NCBI GenBank assembly: GCA_964016885.1
Contig: OZ024740.1
Coordinates: 405,232,001-405,296,000, forward strand
Reading direction: 5' to 3'
DNA length: 64,000 bases
Source: Eledone cirrhosa
Taxonomy: Eukaryota
The notes beneath the pieces were generated by a model, which did no database searches, was not told the origin of the DNA, and worked only from the letters and a program-made list of their open reading frames with translations. Each line of letters starts with the position of its first letter. Within the stretch, counting starts at the first letter, position 1. Both the position numbers and the translations under genes were made by a program. Of this stretch, positions 1 to 16,100 are shown in pieces.

Positions 1-3000
1 ATCTCCACCACCATCATCTCCACCACCATCATCTCCACCACCATCATCTCCACCACCATCATCTCTACCACCATCACCTCTACCACCATCATCTCCACCA
101 CCACCATCTCTACCACCACCATCTCCACCACCATCATCTCCACCACCATCATCTCTACCACCATCTCCACCACCATCATCTCCACCACCATCATCTCCAC
201 CACCACCATCTCCACCACCACCATCTCTACCACCATCATCATCTCTACCATCATCTCCACCACCATCATCTCCACCACCATCATCTCCACCACCATCATC
301 TCCACCACCATCATCTCCACCACCATCATCTCCACCACCATCATCTCTACCACCATCATCTCCACCACCATCATCTCCACCACCATCAGCTCCACCACCA
401 TCATCTCCAACACCATCATCTCCAACACCATCATCTCCAACACCATCATCTCTACCACCATCATCTCTACCACCATCATCTCCACCACCACCATCTCTAC
501 CACCATCATCATCTCTACCATCATCTCCACCACCATCATCTCCACCACCACCATCTCTACCACCATCATCATCTCTACCATCATCTCCACCACCATCATC
601 TCCACCACCATCATCTCCACCACCATCATCTCCACCACCATCATCTCTACCACCATCATCTCTACCACCATCATCTCCACCACCATCATCTCCACCACCA
701 CCATCTCCACCACCATCATCTCCATCACCATCATCTCTACCACCATCATCTCCACCACCATCATCTCCACCACCATCATCTCCACCACCATCATCTCCAC
801 CACCATCACCATCACCATCATCTCCACCACCATCATCATCACCACCACCATCATCTCCACCACCATCATCTCCACCACCATCATCTCCACCACCATCTTC
901 ACCACCATCATCTCTACCACCACCATCTCTACCACCACCATCTCCACCACCATCATCTCCACCACCATCATCTCCACCACCATCTCCACCACCATCATCT
1001 CCACCACACCATCTCCACCACCATCTCCACCACCACCATCTCCACCACCACCATCATCTCCACCACCATCTCCACCACCACCATCTCCACCACCACCATC
1101 TCCACCACCACCATCTCCACCACCATCATCTCCACCACCACCATCTCTACCACCACCATCTCTACCACCACCATCTCCACCACCATCTCCACCACCATCA
1201 TCTCCACCACCATCTCCACCACCACCATCTCCACCACCACCATCTCCACCACCATCATCTCCACCACCATCATCTCTACCACCACCATCTCCACCACCAT
1301 CATCTCCACCACCATCATCTCCACCACCACCATCTCTACCACCACCATCTCCACCACCATCTCTACCACCATCATCTCCACCACCATCATCTCCACCACC
1401 ATCTCCACCACCACCATCTCCACCACCATCATCTCCACCACCATCATCTCCACCACCATCATCTCCACCACCATCATCTCCACCACCATCTCAACCAGCA
1501 TCATCTCCACCACCATCATCTCCACCACCATCTCCACCACCACCATCTCCACCACCATCATCTCCACCACCATCATCTCCACCACCATCATCTCCACCAC
1601 CATCATCTCCACCACCATCATCTCCACCACCACCATCTCTACCACCACCATCTCTACCACCATCATCTCCACCACCATCATCTCCACCACCATCATCTCC
1701 ACTATCATCATCTCTACCACCACCATCTCTACCACCACCATCTCTACCACCACCATCTCTACCACCACCATCTCTACCACCACCATCTCTACCACCATCA
1801 TCTCTACCACCATCATCTCTACCACCATCATCTCCACCACCATCATCTCCACCACCATCATCTCTACCACCATCATCTCTACCACCATCATCTCCACTAT
1901 CATCATCTCCACTATCATCATCTCCACCACCACCATCTCTACCACCACCATCTCTACCACCATCTCCACCACCATCTCCACCACCATCTCCACCACCATC
2001 TCCACCACCATCTCCACCACCATCTCCACCACCACCATCTCTACCACCATCATCTCTACCACCATCATCTCTACCACCATCATCTCCACCACCATCATCT
2101 CCACCACCATCATCTCCACCACCACCATCTCTACCACCACCATCTCCACCACCATCATCTCCACCACCATCATCTCCACCACCATCATCTCCACCACCAT
2201 CATCTCCACCACCACCATCTCTACCACCACCATCTCTACCACCATCATCTCCACCACCATCATCTCTACCACCACCATCTCTACCACCACCATCTTTACC
2301 ACCATCATCTCTACTACCATCATCTCCACCACCATCATCTCTACCACCACCATCTCTACCACCACCATCTCCACCACCACCATCTCCACCACCATCATCT
2401 CCACCACCATCATCTCCACCACCACCATCATCTCCACCACCATCATCTCCACCACCATCATCTCCACCACCATCATCTCCACCACCATCATCTCCACCAC
2501 CATCATCTCCACCACCATCATCTCCACCACCATCATCTCTACCACCATCACCTCTACCACCACCATCTCCACCACCATCATCTCCACCACCACCATCTCC
2601 ACCACCATCATCTCCACCACCATCATCTCTACCACCATCTCCACCACCATCATCTCCACCACCATCATCTCCACCACCACCATCTCCACCACCACCATCT
2701 CTACCACCATCATCATCTCTACCATCATCTCCACCACCATCATCTCCACCACCATCATCTCCACCACCATCATCTCCACCACCACCATCTCCACCACCAT
2801 CATCTCTACCACCATCAGTTCTACCACCATCATCTCCACCACCATCATCTCCACCACCATCATCTCTACCACCATCATCTCCACCACCATCATCTCCACC
2901 ACCATCAGCTCCACCACCATCATCTCCAACAACATCATCTCCAACACCATCATCTCCAACACCATCATCTCTACCACCATCATCTCTACCACCATCATCT

Positions 3001-4189
3001 CCACCACCACCATCTCTACCACCATCATCATCTCTACCATCATCTCCACCACCATCATCTCCACCACCACCATCTCTACCACCATCATCATCTCTACCAT
3101 CATCTCCACCACCATCATCTCCACCACCATCATCTCCACCACCATCATCTCCACCACCATCATCTCCACCACCATCATCTCCACCACCATCATCTCTACC
3201 ACCATCACCTCTACCACCATCATCTCCACCACCACCATCTCTACCACCACCATCTCCACCACCATCATCTCCACCACCATCATCTCTACCACCATCTCCA
3301 CCACCATCATCTCCACCACCATCATCTCCACCACCACCATCTCCACCACCACCATCTCTACCACCATCATCATCTCTACCATCATCTCCACCACCATCAT
3401 CTCCACCACCATCATCTCCACCACCATCATCTCTACCACCATCATCTCCACCACCATCATCTCCACCACCATCAGCTCCACCACCATCATCTCCAACACC
3501 ATCATCTCCAACACCATCATCTCCAACACCATCATCTCTACCACCATCATCTCTACCACCATCATCTCCACCACCACCATCTCTACCACCATCATCATCT
3601 CTACCATCATCTCCACCACCATCATCTCCACCACCACCATCTCTACCACCATCATCATCTCTACCATCATCTCCACCACCATCATCTCCACCACCATCAT
3701 CTCCACCACCATCATCTCCACCACCATCATCTCCACCACCATCATCTCCACCACCATCATCTCTACCACCATCACCTCTACCACCATCATCTCCACCACC
3801 ACCATCTCTACCACCACCATCTCCACCACCATCATCTCCACCACCATCATCTCTACCACCATCTCCACCACCATCATCTCCACCACCATCATCTCCACCA
3901 CCACCATCTCCACCACCACCATCTCTACCACCATCATCATCTCTACCATCATCTCCACCACCATCATCTCCACCACCATCATCTCCACCACCATCATCTC
4001 CACCACCATCATCTCCACCACCATCATCTCTACCACCATCATCTCCACCACCATCATCTCCACCACCATCAGCTCCACCACCATCATCTCCAACACCATC
4101 ATCTCCAACACCATCATCTCCAACACCATCATCTCTACCACCATCATCTCTACCACCATCATCTCCACCACCACCATCTCTACCACCAT

Positions 4190-7100
4190 CATCATCTCTA
4201 CCATCATCTCCACCACCATCATCTCCACCACCACCATCTCTACCACCATCATCATCTCTACCATCATCTCCACCACCATCATCTCCACCACCATCATCTC
4301 CACCACCATCATCTCCACCACCATCATCTCTACCACCATCATCTCTACCACCATCATCTCCACCACCATCATCTCCACCACCACCATCTCCACCACCATC
4401 ATCTCCATCACCATCATCTCTACCACCATCATCTCCACCACCATCATCTCCACCACCATCATCTCCACCACCATCATCTCCACCACCATCATCTCCACCA
4501 CGACCACCATCACCATCATCTCCACCACCATCATCATCACCACCACCATCATCTCCACCACCATCATCTCCACCACCATCATCTCCACCACCATCTTCAC
4601 CACCATCATCTCTACCACCACCATCTCTACCACCACCATCTCCACCACCATCATCTCCACCACCATCATCTCCACCACCATCTCCACCACCATCATCTCC
4701 ACCACACCATCTCCACCACCATCTCCACCACCACCATCTCCACCACCACCATCATCTCCACCACCATCTCCACCACCACCATCTCCACCACCACCATCTC
4801 CACCACCACCATCTCCACCACCATCATCTCCACCACCACCATCTCTACCACCACCATCTCTACCACCACCATCTCCACCACCATCTCCACCACCATCATC
4901 TCCACCACCATCTCCACCACCACCATCTCCACCACCACCATCTCCACCACCATCATCTCCACCACCATCATCTCTACCACCACCATCTCCACCACCATCA
5001 TCTCCACCACCATCATCTCCACCACCATCATCTCCACCACCACCATCTCCACCACCATCTCTACCACCATCATCTCCACCACCATCATCTCCACCACCAT
5101 CTCCACCACCACCATCTCCACCACCATCATCTCCACCACCATCATCTCCACCACCATCATCTCCACCACCATCATCTCCACCACCATCTCAACCAGCATC
5201 ATCTCCACCACCATCATCTCCACCACCATCTCCACCACCACCATCTCCACCACCATCATCTCCACCACCATCATCTCCACCACCATCATCTCCACCACCA
5301 TCATCTCTACCACCATCATCTCCACCACCACCATCTCCACCACCACCATCTCCACCACCACCATCTCTACCACCACCATCTCTACCACCACCATCTCCAC
5401 CACCATCATCTCCACCACCATCTCCACCACCACCATCTCCACCACCATCATCTCCACCACCATCATCTCCACCACCATCATCTCTACCACCATCATCTCC
5501 ACCACCACCATCTCCACCACCACCATCTCTACCACCACCATCTCTACCACCACCATCTCTACCACCACCATCTCCACCACCATCATCTCCACCACCACCA
5601 TCTCCACCATCATCATCTCCACCACCATCATCTCCACCACCACCATCTCCACCACCATCATCACTACCACCATCATCTCCACCACCATCATCTCCACCAT
5701 CATCTCCACCACCATCATCTCCACCACCATCATCTCCACCACCATCTCCACCACCACCATCTCCACCACCATCATCTCCACCACCACCATCTCTACCACC
5801 ACCATCTCTACCACCACCATCTCCACCACCATCATCTCCACCACCATCTCCACCACCAACCATCTCCACCACCATCATCTCCACCACCACCATCTCCACC
5901 ACCACCATCTCTACCACCACCATCTCCACCACCATCATCTCCACCACCACCATCTCTACCACCACCATCTCCACCACCATCTCTACCACCACCATCTCCA
6001 CCACCATCATCTCCACCACCATCATCTCCACCACCATCTCCACCACCACCATCTCTACCACCATCATCTCTACCACCGTCATCTCCACCACCATCATCTC
6101 CACCACCATCATCTCCACCACCATCACCACCACCACCATCACTACCACCATCACCTCCACCACAACCATCTCTACCACCATCATCTCCACCACCATCTCC
6201 ACCACCATCATCTCCACCACCATCATCTCCACCACCATCATCTCCACCATCATCTCCACCACCATCACCTCCACCACCATCATCTCCAACACCATCATCA
6301 CTACCACCACCATCTCCACCACCATCTCTGCCACCACCATCTCCACCACCATCATCTCCACCACCATCATCTCCACCACCATCTCCACCACCACCATCTC
6401 TACCACCATCATCTCTACCACCGTCATCTCCACCACCATCATCTCCACCACCATCATCTCCACCACCATCTCCACCACCACCATCACTACCACCATCACC
6501 TCCACCACCACCATCTCTACCACCACCATCTCTACCACCATCATCTCCACCACCATCTCCACCACCACCATCTCCACCACAATCATCACTACCACCATCA
6601 CCTCCACCACCACCATCTCTACCACCATCATCTCCGCCACCATCTCTACCACCATCACCTCCACCACCATCATCTCTTCCACCATCACCTCCACCACCAC
6701 CATCTCTACCACCATCATCTCCACCACCATCTCCACCACCATCATCTCTACCACCATCACCTCCACCACCATCATCTCTACCACCATCACCTCCACCACC
6801 ACCATCTCTACCACCATCATCTCTACCACCGTCATCTCCACCACCATCATCTCCACCACCATCATCTCCACCACCATCTCCACCACCATCTCCACCACCA
6901 TCATCTCTACCTACATCATCTCCACCACCATCATCTCCACCACCATCTCCACCACCATCTCCACCACCACCATCTCCACCACCATCATCTCCACCACCAT
7001 CATCTCCACCACCATCATCTCCACCACCATCATCTCTACCACCATCATCTCTACCACCATCATCTCCACCACCACCTCCACCACCATCATCTCTACCACC

Positions 7101-10100
7101 ACCATCTCCACCACCATCATCTCCACCACCATCATCTCCACCACCATCTCCACCACCATCATCTCCAGCACGACCATCTCCACCACCATCATCTCTACAA
7201 CCATCATCTCCACCACCATCTCTACCACCACCATCTCCACCACCATCATCTCCATCAGCATCATCTCCACCACCATCATCTCCACCACCATCATCTCCAC
7301 CACCACCATCTCCACCACCACCATCTCCACCACCATCATCTCCACCACCACCATCTCCACCACCATCATCTCTACCACCATCATCTCTACCACTATCATC
7401 TCTACCACCATCATCTCTACCACCATCACCTCTACCACCACCATCTCTACCACCACCATCTCCACCACCACCATCTCCACCACCATCATCTCTACAACCA
7501 TCATCTCCACCACCACCATCTCTACCACCACCATCTCCACCACCACCATCAGCATCATCTCCACCACCATCATCTCTACCACTATCATCTCTACCACCAT
7601 CATCATCTCCACCATCTCCACCATCTCCACCACCATCATCTCCACCACAACCATCTCTACCACCATCATCTCTACCACCATCATCTCTACCACCATCTCC
7701 ACCACCACCATCTCCACCACCATCATCTCCACCACCATCATCTCCACCACCATCATCTCCACCACCATCATCTCCACCAACATCATCTCCACCACCATCA
7801 TCTCTACCACCATCTCCACCACCACCATCTCCACCACCATCATCTCTACCATCATCTCCACCACCATCATCTCCAACACCATCACCTCTACACCACCATC
7901 TCTACCACCATCTCCACCACCATCATCTCCACCACCATCATCTCCACCACCATCATCTCCACCACCATCATCTCCACCACCACCATCTCCACCACCATCA
8001 TCTCCACCACCATCATCTCCACCACCATCATCTCTACCACCATCTCCACCACCATCATCTCTACCACCACCACCTCCACCACCATCATCTCCACCACCAC
8101 CATCTCTACCACCATCTCCAACACCATCATCTCTACCACCAGCATCTCCACCACCATCATCTCCACCACCATCATCTCCAACACCATCATCTCTACCACC
8201 ATCATCTCTACCACCATCTCCACCACGATCATCTCTACCACCACCACCTCCACCACCATCATCTCTACCACCATCATCTCCAACACCATCACCTCTACAC
8301 CACCATCTCTACCACCATCTCCACCACCATCATCTCCACCACCATCATCTCCACCACCATCATCTCCACCACCATCATCTCCACCACCATCATCTCCACC
8401 ACCATCATCTCTACCACCATCATCTCCACCACCATCATCTCTACCACCATCTCCACCACCATCATCTCTACCACCACCACCTCCACCACCATCATCTCTA
8501 CCACCATCTCCAACACCATCATCTCTACCACCACCATCACCTCTACCACCATCATCTCCACCACCACCATCTCCACCACCATCATCTCCACCAGCATCAT
8601 CTCCACCACCATCATCTCCACCAGCATCATCTCCACCACCATCATCTCTACCACCATCATCTCCACCATCATCATCTCTACCACCACCATCTCCACCACC
8701 ACCATCTCTACCACCATCATCTCTACCACCACCATCTCCACCACCATCATCTCCACCACCATCATCTCCAACACCATCACCTCTACCACCATCATCTCCA
8801 CCACCACCATCTCCACCACCATCATCTCCACCAGCATCATCTCCACCACCATCATCTCCACCACCACCATCTCTACCACCATCATCTCTACCACCATCAT
8901 CTCCACCATCATCATCTCCACCAGCATCATCTCCACCACCATCATCTCCACCACCACCATCTCCACCACCACCATCTCCACCACCATCATCTCTACCACC
9001 ACCATCTCCACCACCACCATCTCTACCACCATCATCTCTACCACCACCATCTCCACCACCATCATCTCCACCACCACCATCTCCACCACCATCATCTCTG
9101 CCACCATCTCCACCACCACCATCTCCACCACCATCATCTCTACCACCACCATCTCCACCACCATCTCCACCACCATCATCTCCACCACCACCATCTCCAC
9201 CACCATCATCTCCACCACCATCATCTCTACCACCATCATCTCCACCACCATCATCTCCACCACCACCATCTCCACCACCATCATCTCCACCACCATCATC
9301 TCCACCACCACCATCTCCACCACCACCATCTCCACCACCATCATCTCCACCACCACCATCTCCACCACCACCATCTCCACCACCATCATCTCTACCACCA
9401 CCATCTCCACCACCACCATCTCTACCACCATCATCTCTACCACCACCATCTCCACCACCATCATCTCCACCACCACCATCTCCACCACCATCATCTCTGC
9501 CACCATCTCCACCACCACCATCTCCACCACCATCATCTCTACCACCACCATCTCCACCACCATCTCCACCACCATCATCTCCACCACCACCATCTCCACC
9601 ACCACCATCTCCACCACCATCATCTCTACCACCACCATCTCCACCACCATCTCCACCACCATCATCTCCACCACCACCATCTCCACCACCATCATCTCTA
9701 CCACCATCATCTCCACCACCACCATCTCCACCACCATCATCTCCACCACCATCATCTCCACCACCATCATCTCCACCACCACCATCTCCACCACCATCAT
9801 CTCCACCACCATCATCTCCACCACCACCATCTCCACCACCATAATCTCCACCACCATCATCTCCACCACCACCATCTCCACCACCATCATCTCTACCACC
9901 ACCATCTCCACCACCATCATCTCCACCACCACCATCTCTACCACCATCATCTCTACCACCACCATCTCCACCACCATCATCTCCACCACCATCATCTCCA
10001 CCACCACCATCTCCACCACCATCATCTCCACCACCATCACCTCTACCACCATCATCTCCACCACCACCATCTCCACCACCATCATCTCCACCAGCATCAT

Positions 10101-13100
10101 CTCAACCACCATCATCTCCACCACCATCATCTCTACAACCATCATCTCCACCACCACCATCTCCACCACCATCATCTCCATCAGCATCATCTCCACCACC
10201 ATCATCTCCACCATCATCATCTCCACCATCATCATCTCCACCACCATCATCTCCACCACCATCATCTCCACCATCTCCACCACCATCATCTCCACCACCA
10301 TCATCTCCACCACCACCATCTCCACCACCATCATCTCCACCACCATCATCTCCACCATCATCATCTCCACCACCATCATCTCCACCACCATCATCTCTAC
10401 CACCATCATCTCCACCACCATCATCTCCACCACCATCATCTCTACCACCACCATCTCCACCACCACCATCTCCACCACCACCATCTCCACCACCACCATC
10501 AGCATCATCTCCACCACCATCATCTCCACCACCACCATCTCCACCACCATCATCTCCACCACCATCATCTCTACCACCATCATCTCCACCACAACCATCT
10601 CTACCACCATCATCTCTACCACCATCTCCACCACCACCATCTCCACCACCATCATCTCCACCACCATCATCTCCACCACCATCATCTCCACCACCATCAT
10701 CTCCACCACCATCATCTCTACCACCATCTCCACCACCATCATCTCTACCACCACCACCTCCACCACCATCATCTCTACCACCATCTCCACCAGCACCATC
10801 TCCACCACCATCATCTCCACCACCATCATCTCCACCACCATCATCTCCACCACCATCATTTCTACCACCACCACCTCCACCACCATCATCTCCACCACCA
10901 TCACCTCTACCACCATCATCTCTACCACCATCATCTCCACCACAACCATCTCTACCACCATCATCTCTACCACCATCATCTCCACCACAACCATCTCTAC
11001 CACCATCATTTCTACCACCATCTCCACCACCACCATCTCCACCACCACCATCTCCACCATCAGCATCATCTCCACCACCATCATCTCCACCACCATCATC
11101 TCCACCACCATCATCTCCACCACCATCATCTCCACCACCATCATCTCCACCACCACCATCTCCACCACCACCATCTCCACCACCACCATCTCCACCACCA
11201 CCATCAGCATCATCTCCACCACCATCATCTCCACCACCATCATCTCCACCACCATCATCTCCACCACCATCATCTCCACCACCATCATCTCCACCACCAC
11301 CATCTCCACCACCATCATCTCCACCACCATCATCTCCACCACCACCATCTCTACCACCATCTCCACCACCATCATCTCCACCACCATCATCTCCACCACC
11401 ATCATCTCCACCACCATCATCTCTACCACCATCTCCACCACCATCATCTCTACCACCACCACCTCCACCACCATCATCTCCACCAGCACCATCTCCACCA
11501 CCATCATCTCCACCAGCACCATCTCCACCACCATCATCTCCACCACCATCACCTCTACCACCATCATCTCCACCACCACCATCTCCACCACCATCATCTC
11601 TACCACCACCATCTCCACCACCATCATCTCCACCAGCACCATCTCCACCACCATCATCTCCACCACCATCATCTCTACCACCATCATCTCCACCACCATC
11701 ATCTCCACCACCATCATCTCCACCACCACCATCTCTACCACCATCTCCACCACCATCATCTCCACCACCATCATCTCCACCACCATCATCTCCACCACCA
11801 TCATCTCTACCACCATCTCCACCACCATCATCTCTACCACCACCACCTCCACCACCATCATCTCCACCAGCACCATCTCCACCACCATCATCTCCACCAG
11901 CACCATCTCCACCACCATCATCTCCACCAGCACCATCTCCACCACCACCATCTCCACCACCATCATCTCCACCACCACCATCTGCACCACCATCACCTCT
12001 ACCACCATCATCTCCACCACCACCATCTCCACCACCATCATCTCTACCACCACCATCTCCACCACCATCATCTCCACCAGCACCATCTCCACCACCATCA
12101 TCTCCACCACCACCATCTCCACCACCATCATCTCCACCACCATCATCTCTACCACCAGCATCTCCACCACCATCATCTCCACCACCATCATCTCCAACAC
12201 CATCACCTCTACCACCATCTCCACCACCATCTCTACCACCATCATCTCCACCACCATCATCTCCACCACCATCATCTCCACCACCATCATCTCTACCACC
12301 ACCATCTCTACCACCACCATCTCCACCATCATCATCTCCACCACCATCTCTACCACCATCATCTCTACAACCATCTCCAACACCATCATCTCTACCACCA
12401 GCATCTCCACCAGCATCATCTCCACCACCATCATCTCCACCACCATCTCTACCACCATCATCTCCACCACCATCATCTCCACCACCACCAGCTCCGCCAC
12501 CATCATCTCCACCACCATCATCTCCACCACCATCATCTCTACCACCATCATCATCTCCACCACCATCATCTCCACCACCATCATCTCCACCACCATCATC
12601 TCCACCACCACCATCTCCACCACCATCTCTACCACCACCATCATCTCCACCATCTGCACCACCATCATCTCCACCACCACCATCATCTGTACCACCATTT
12701 CTACCACCATCATCTCTACCACCATCATCTCTATCACCATCTCCACCACCATCATCTCCACCACCATCATCTGCACCACCATCATCTCCACCACCATCTC
12801 CACCACCATCATCTTTACCACCCTCATCTCCACCACCCCCACCACCATCATCTCCACCACCATCACCTCCACCACCATCATCTCCATCACCATCATCTCC
12901 ACCATCATCATCTCCACCACCACCATCTCCACCACCACCATCTCCACCACCACCATCTCCACCACCATCATCTCCATCACCATCATCTCCACCACCATCA
13001 TCTCTACCACCATCATCTCCACCACCATCATCTCCACCACCATCATCTCTACCACCATCTCCACCACCACCATCTCCACCACCACCATCTCCACCACCAC

Positions 13101-16100
13101 CATCAGCATCATCTCCACCACCATCATCTCCACCACCATCATCTCCACCACCATCATCTCCACCACCATCATCTCCACCACCATCATCTCCACCACCATC
13201 ATCTCTACCACCATCATCTCCACCACAACCATCTCTACCACCATCATCTCTACCACCATCTCCACCACCACCATCTCCACCACCATCATCTCCACCACCA
13301 TCATCTCCACCACCATCATCTCTACCACCACCACCTCCACCACCATCATCTCTACCACCATCTCCACCAGCACCATCTCCACCACCATCATCTCCACCAC
13401 CATCATCTCCACCACCATCATCTCCACCACCATCATCTCCACCACCATCATCTCTACCACCATCTCCACCACCATCATCTCTACCACCACCACCTCCACC
13501 ACCATCATCTCTACCACCATCTCCAACACCATCATCTCTACCACCAGCATCTCCACCACCATCATCTCCACCACCATCATCTCCAACACCATCATCTCCA
13601 ACACCACCATCTCTACCACCACCATCTCCACCACCATCATCTCTACCACCACCACCTCCACCACCATCATCTCTACCACCAATACCTCCACCACCATCTC
13701 TACCACCACCATCTCTACCACTATCATCTCCACCACCATCATCTCCACCACCATCATCTCCACCACCATCATCTCTACCACCATCATCTCCACCACCATC
13801 ATCTCTACCACCACCATCTCTACCACCACCATCTCCACCACCACCATCTCTACCACCACCATCTCTACCACTATCATCTCCACCACCATCATCTCCACCA
13901 CCATCATCTCCACCACCATCATCTCTACCACCATCATCTCCACCACCATCATCTCCACCACCATCATCTCCACCACCATCATCTCCACCACCACCATCTC
14001 TACCACCACCATCTCTACCACTATCATCTCCACCACCATCATCTCCACCACCATCATCTCTACCACCATCATCTCCACCACCATCATCTCCACCACCACC
14101 ATCTCTACCACCACCATCTCCACCACCATCATCTCTACCACCATCATCTCCACCACCATCATCTCCACCACCACCATCTCTACCACCACCATCTCTACCA
14201 CCACCATCTCCACCACCATCATCTCCACCACCATCATCTCCACCACCATCATCTCTACCACCACCACCTCCACCACCATCATCTCCACCAGCATCATTTC
14301 TACCAACACCATCTCCACCACCACCATCTCTACCACCACCATTTCTACCACCATCATCTCCATCACCATCATCTCCACCACCACCACCATCATCTCTACC
14401 ACAACCATCTCCACCATCATCATCTCTACCACCATCATCATCTCCACCACCATCATCTCCACCACCATCTCCATCACCATCTCCACCATCTCCACCACCA
14501 CCATCTCCACCACCATCATCTCCACCACCACCATCTCCACCACCATTATCTCCATCACCATCATCTCCACCATCTCCACCACGACCATCTCCACCACCAT
14601 CATCTCCACCACCATCATCTCCACCACCATCATCTCTACCACCATCTCCACCACCACCATCTCCACCACCACCATCATCTCTACCACCATCATCTCCACC
14701 AGCATCATCTCCACCACCATCATCTCTACCACCATCATCTCCACCACCATCATCTCCACCACCATCATCTCCACCACCACCACCATCATCTCTACCACCA
14801 TCATCTCCACCACCATCATCTCCACCACCATCATCTCCACCACCACCATCATCTCTACCACCATCATCTCCACCACCATCATCTCTACCACCATCTCCAC
14901 CACCATCATCTCCACCACCACCATCATCTCCACCACCATCATCTCCACCACCACCACCATCATCTCTACCACCATCATCACCACCACCATCATCTCCACC
15001 ACCATCATCTCCACCACCACCATCATCTCTACCACCATCATCTCCACCACCATCATCTCTACCACCATCTCCACCACCATCATCTCCACCACCACCATCA
15101 TCTCCACCACCATCATCTCCACCACCATCATCTCTACCACCATCTCCACCACCATTATCTCTACCACCATCATCTCCACCACCATCATCTCCACCACCAT
15201 CATCTCCACCACCACCATCATCTCTACCACCATCATCTCCACCACCATCATCTCTACCACCATCTCCACCACCATCATCTCCACCACCAGCATCATCTCC
15301 ACCACCATCATCTCCACCACCACCATCATCTCTACCACCATCATCTCCACCACCATCATCTCTACCATCATCTCCTCCACCATCATCTCCACCACCACCA
15401 TCATCTCTACCGCCATCATCTCCACCACCATCATCTCCACCACCATCATCTCCACCACCACCATCATCTCTACCACCATCATCTCCACCACCATCATCTC
15501 TACCACCATCTCCACCACCATCATCTCCACCACCATCATCTCTACCACCATCATCTCCACCACCATCATCTCCACCACCACATCCTACCCACCACCATCT
15601 CCACCACCACAACTCTACCCACCACCTCCCACCACCACCACCATCACCCACCACCACCCTCCACCACCACCATCTCTCCACCACCACCCCACCACCATCT
15701 CCCCACACACCCACCACAACCCACCACCACCCCACTCACCACCACCACCTCCACCACCATCATCTCCACCAGCATCATTTCTACCAACACCATCTCCACC
15801 ACCACCATCTCTACCACCACCATTTCTACCACCATCATCTCCATCACCATCATCTCCACCACCACCACCATCATCTCTACCACAACCATCTCCACCATCA
15901 TCATCTCTACCACCATCATCATCTCCACCACCATCATCTCCACCACCATCTCCATCACCATCTCCACCATCTCCACCACCACCATCTCCACCACCATCAT
16001 CTCCACCACCACCATCTCCACCACCATTATCTCCATCACCATCATCTCCACCATCTCCACCACGACCATCTCCACCACCATCATCTCCACCACCATCATC

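Noticed and set aside
8580-12420. CCACCAGC variants (reverse complement of E. coli Chi, GCTGGTGG)
   Set aside because: One substitution away from the repeat unit, and there is no RecBCD context in eukaryotic DNA.
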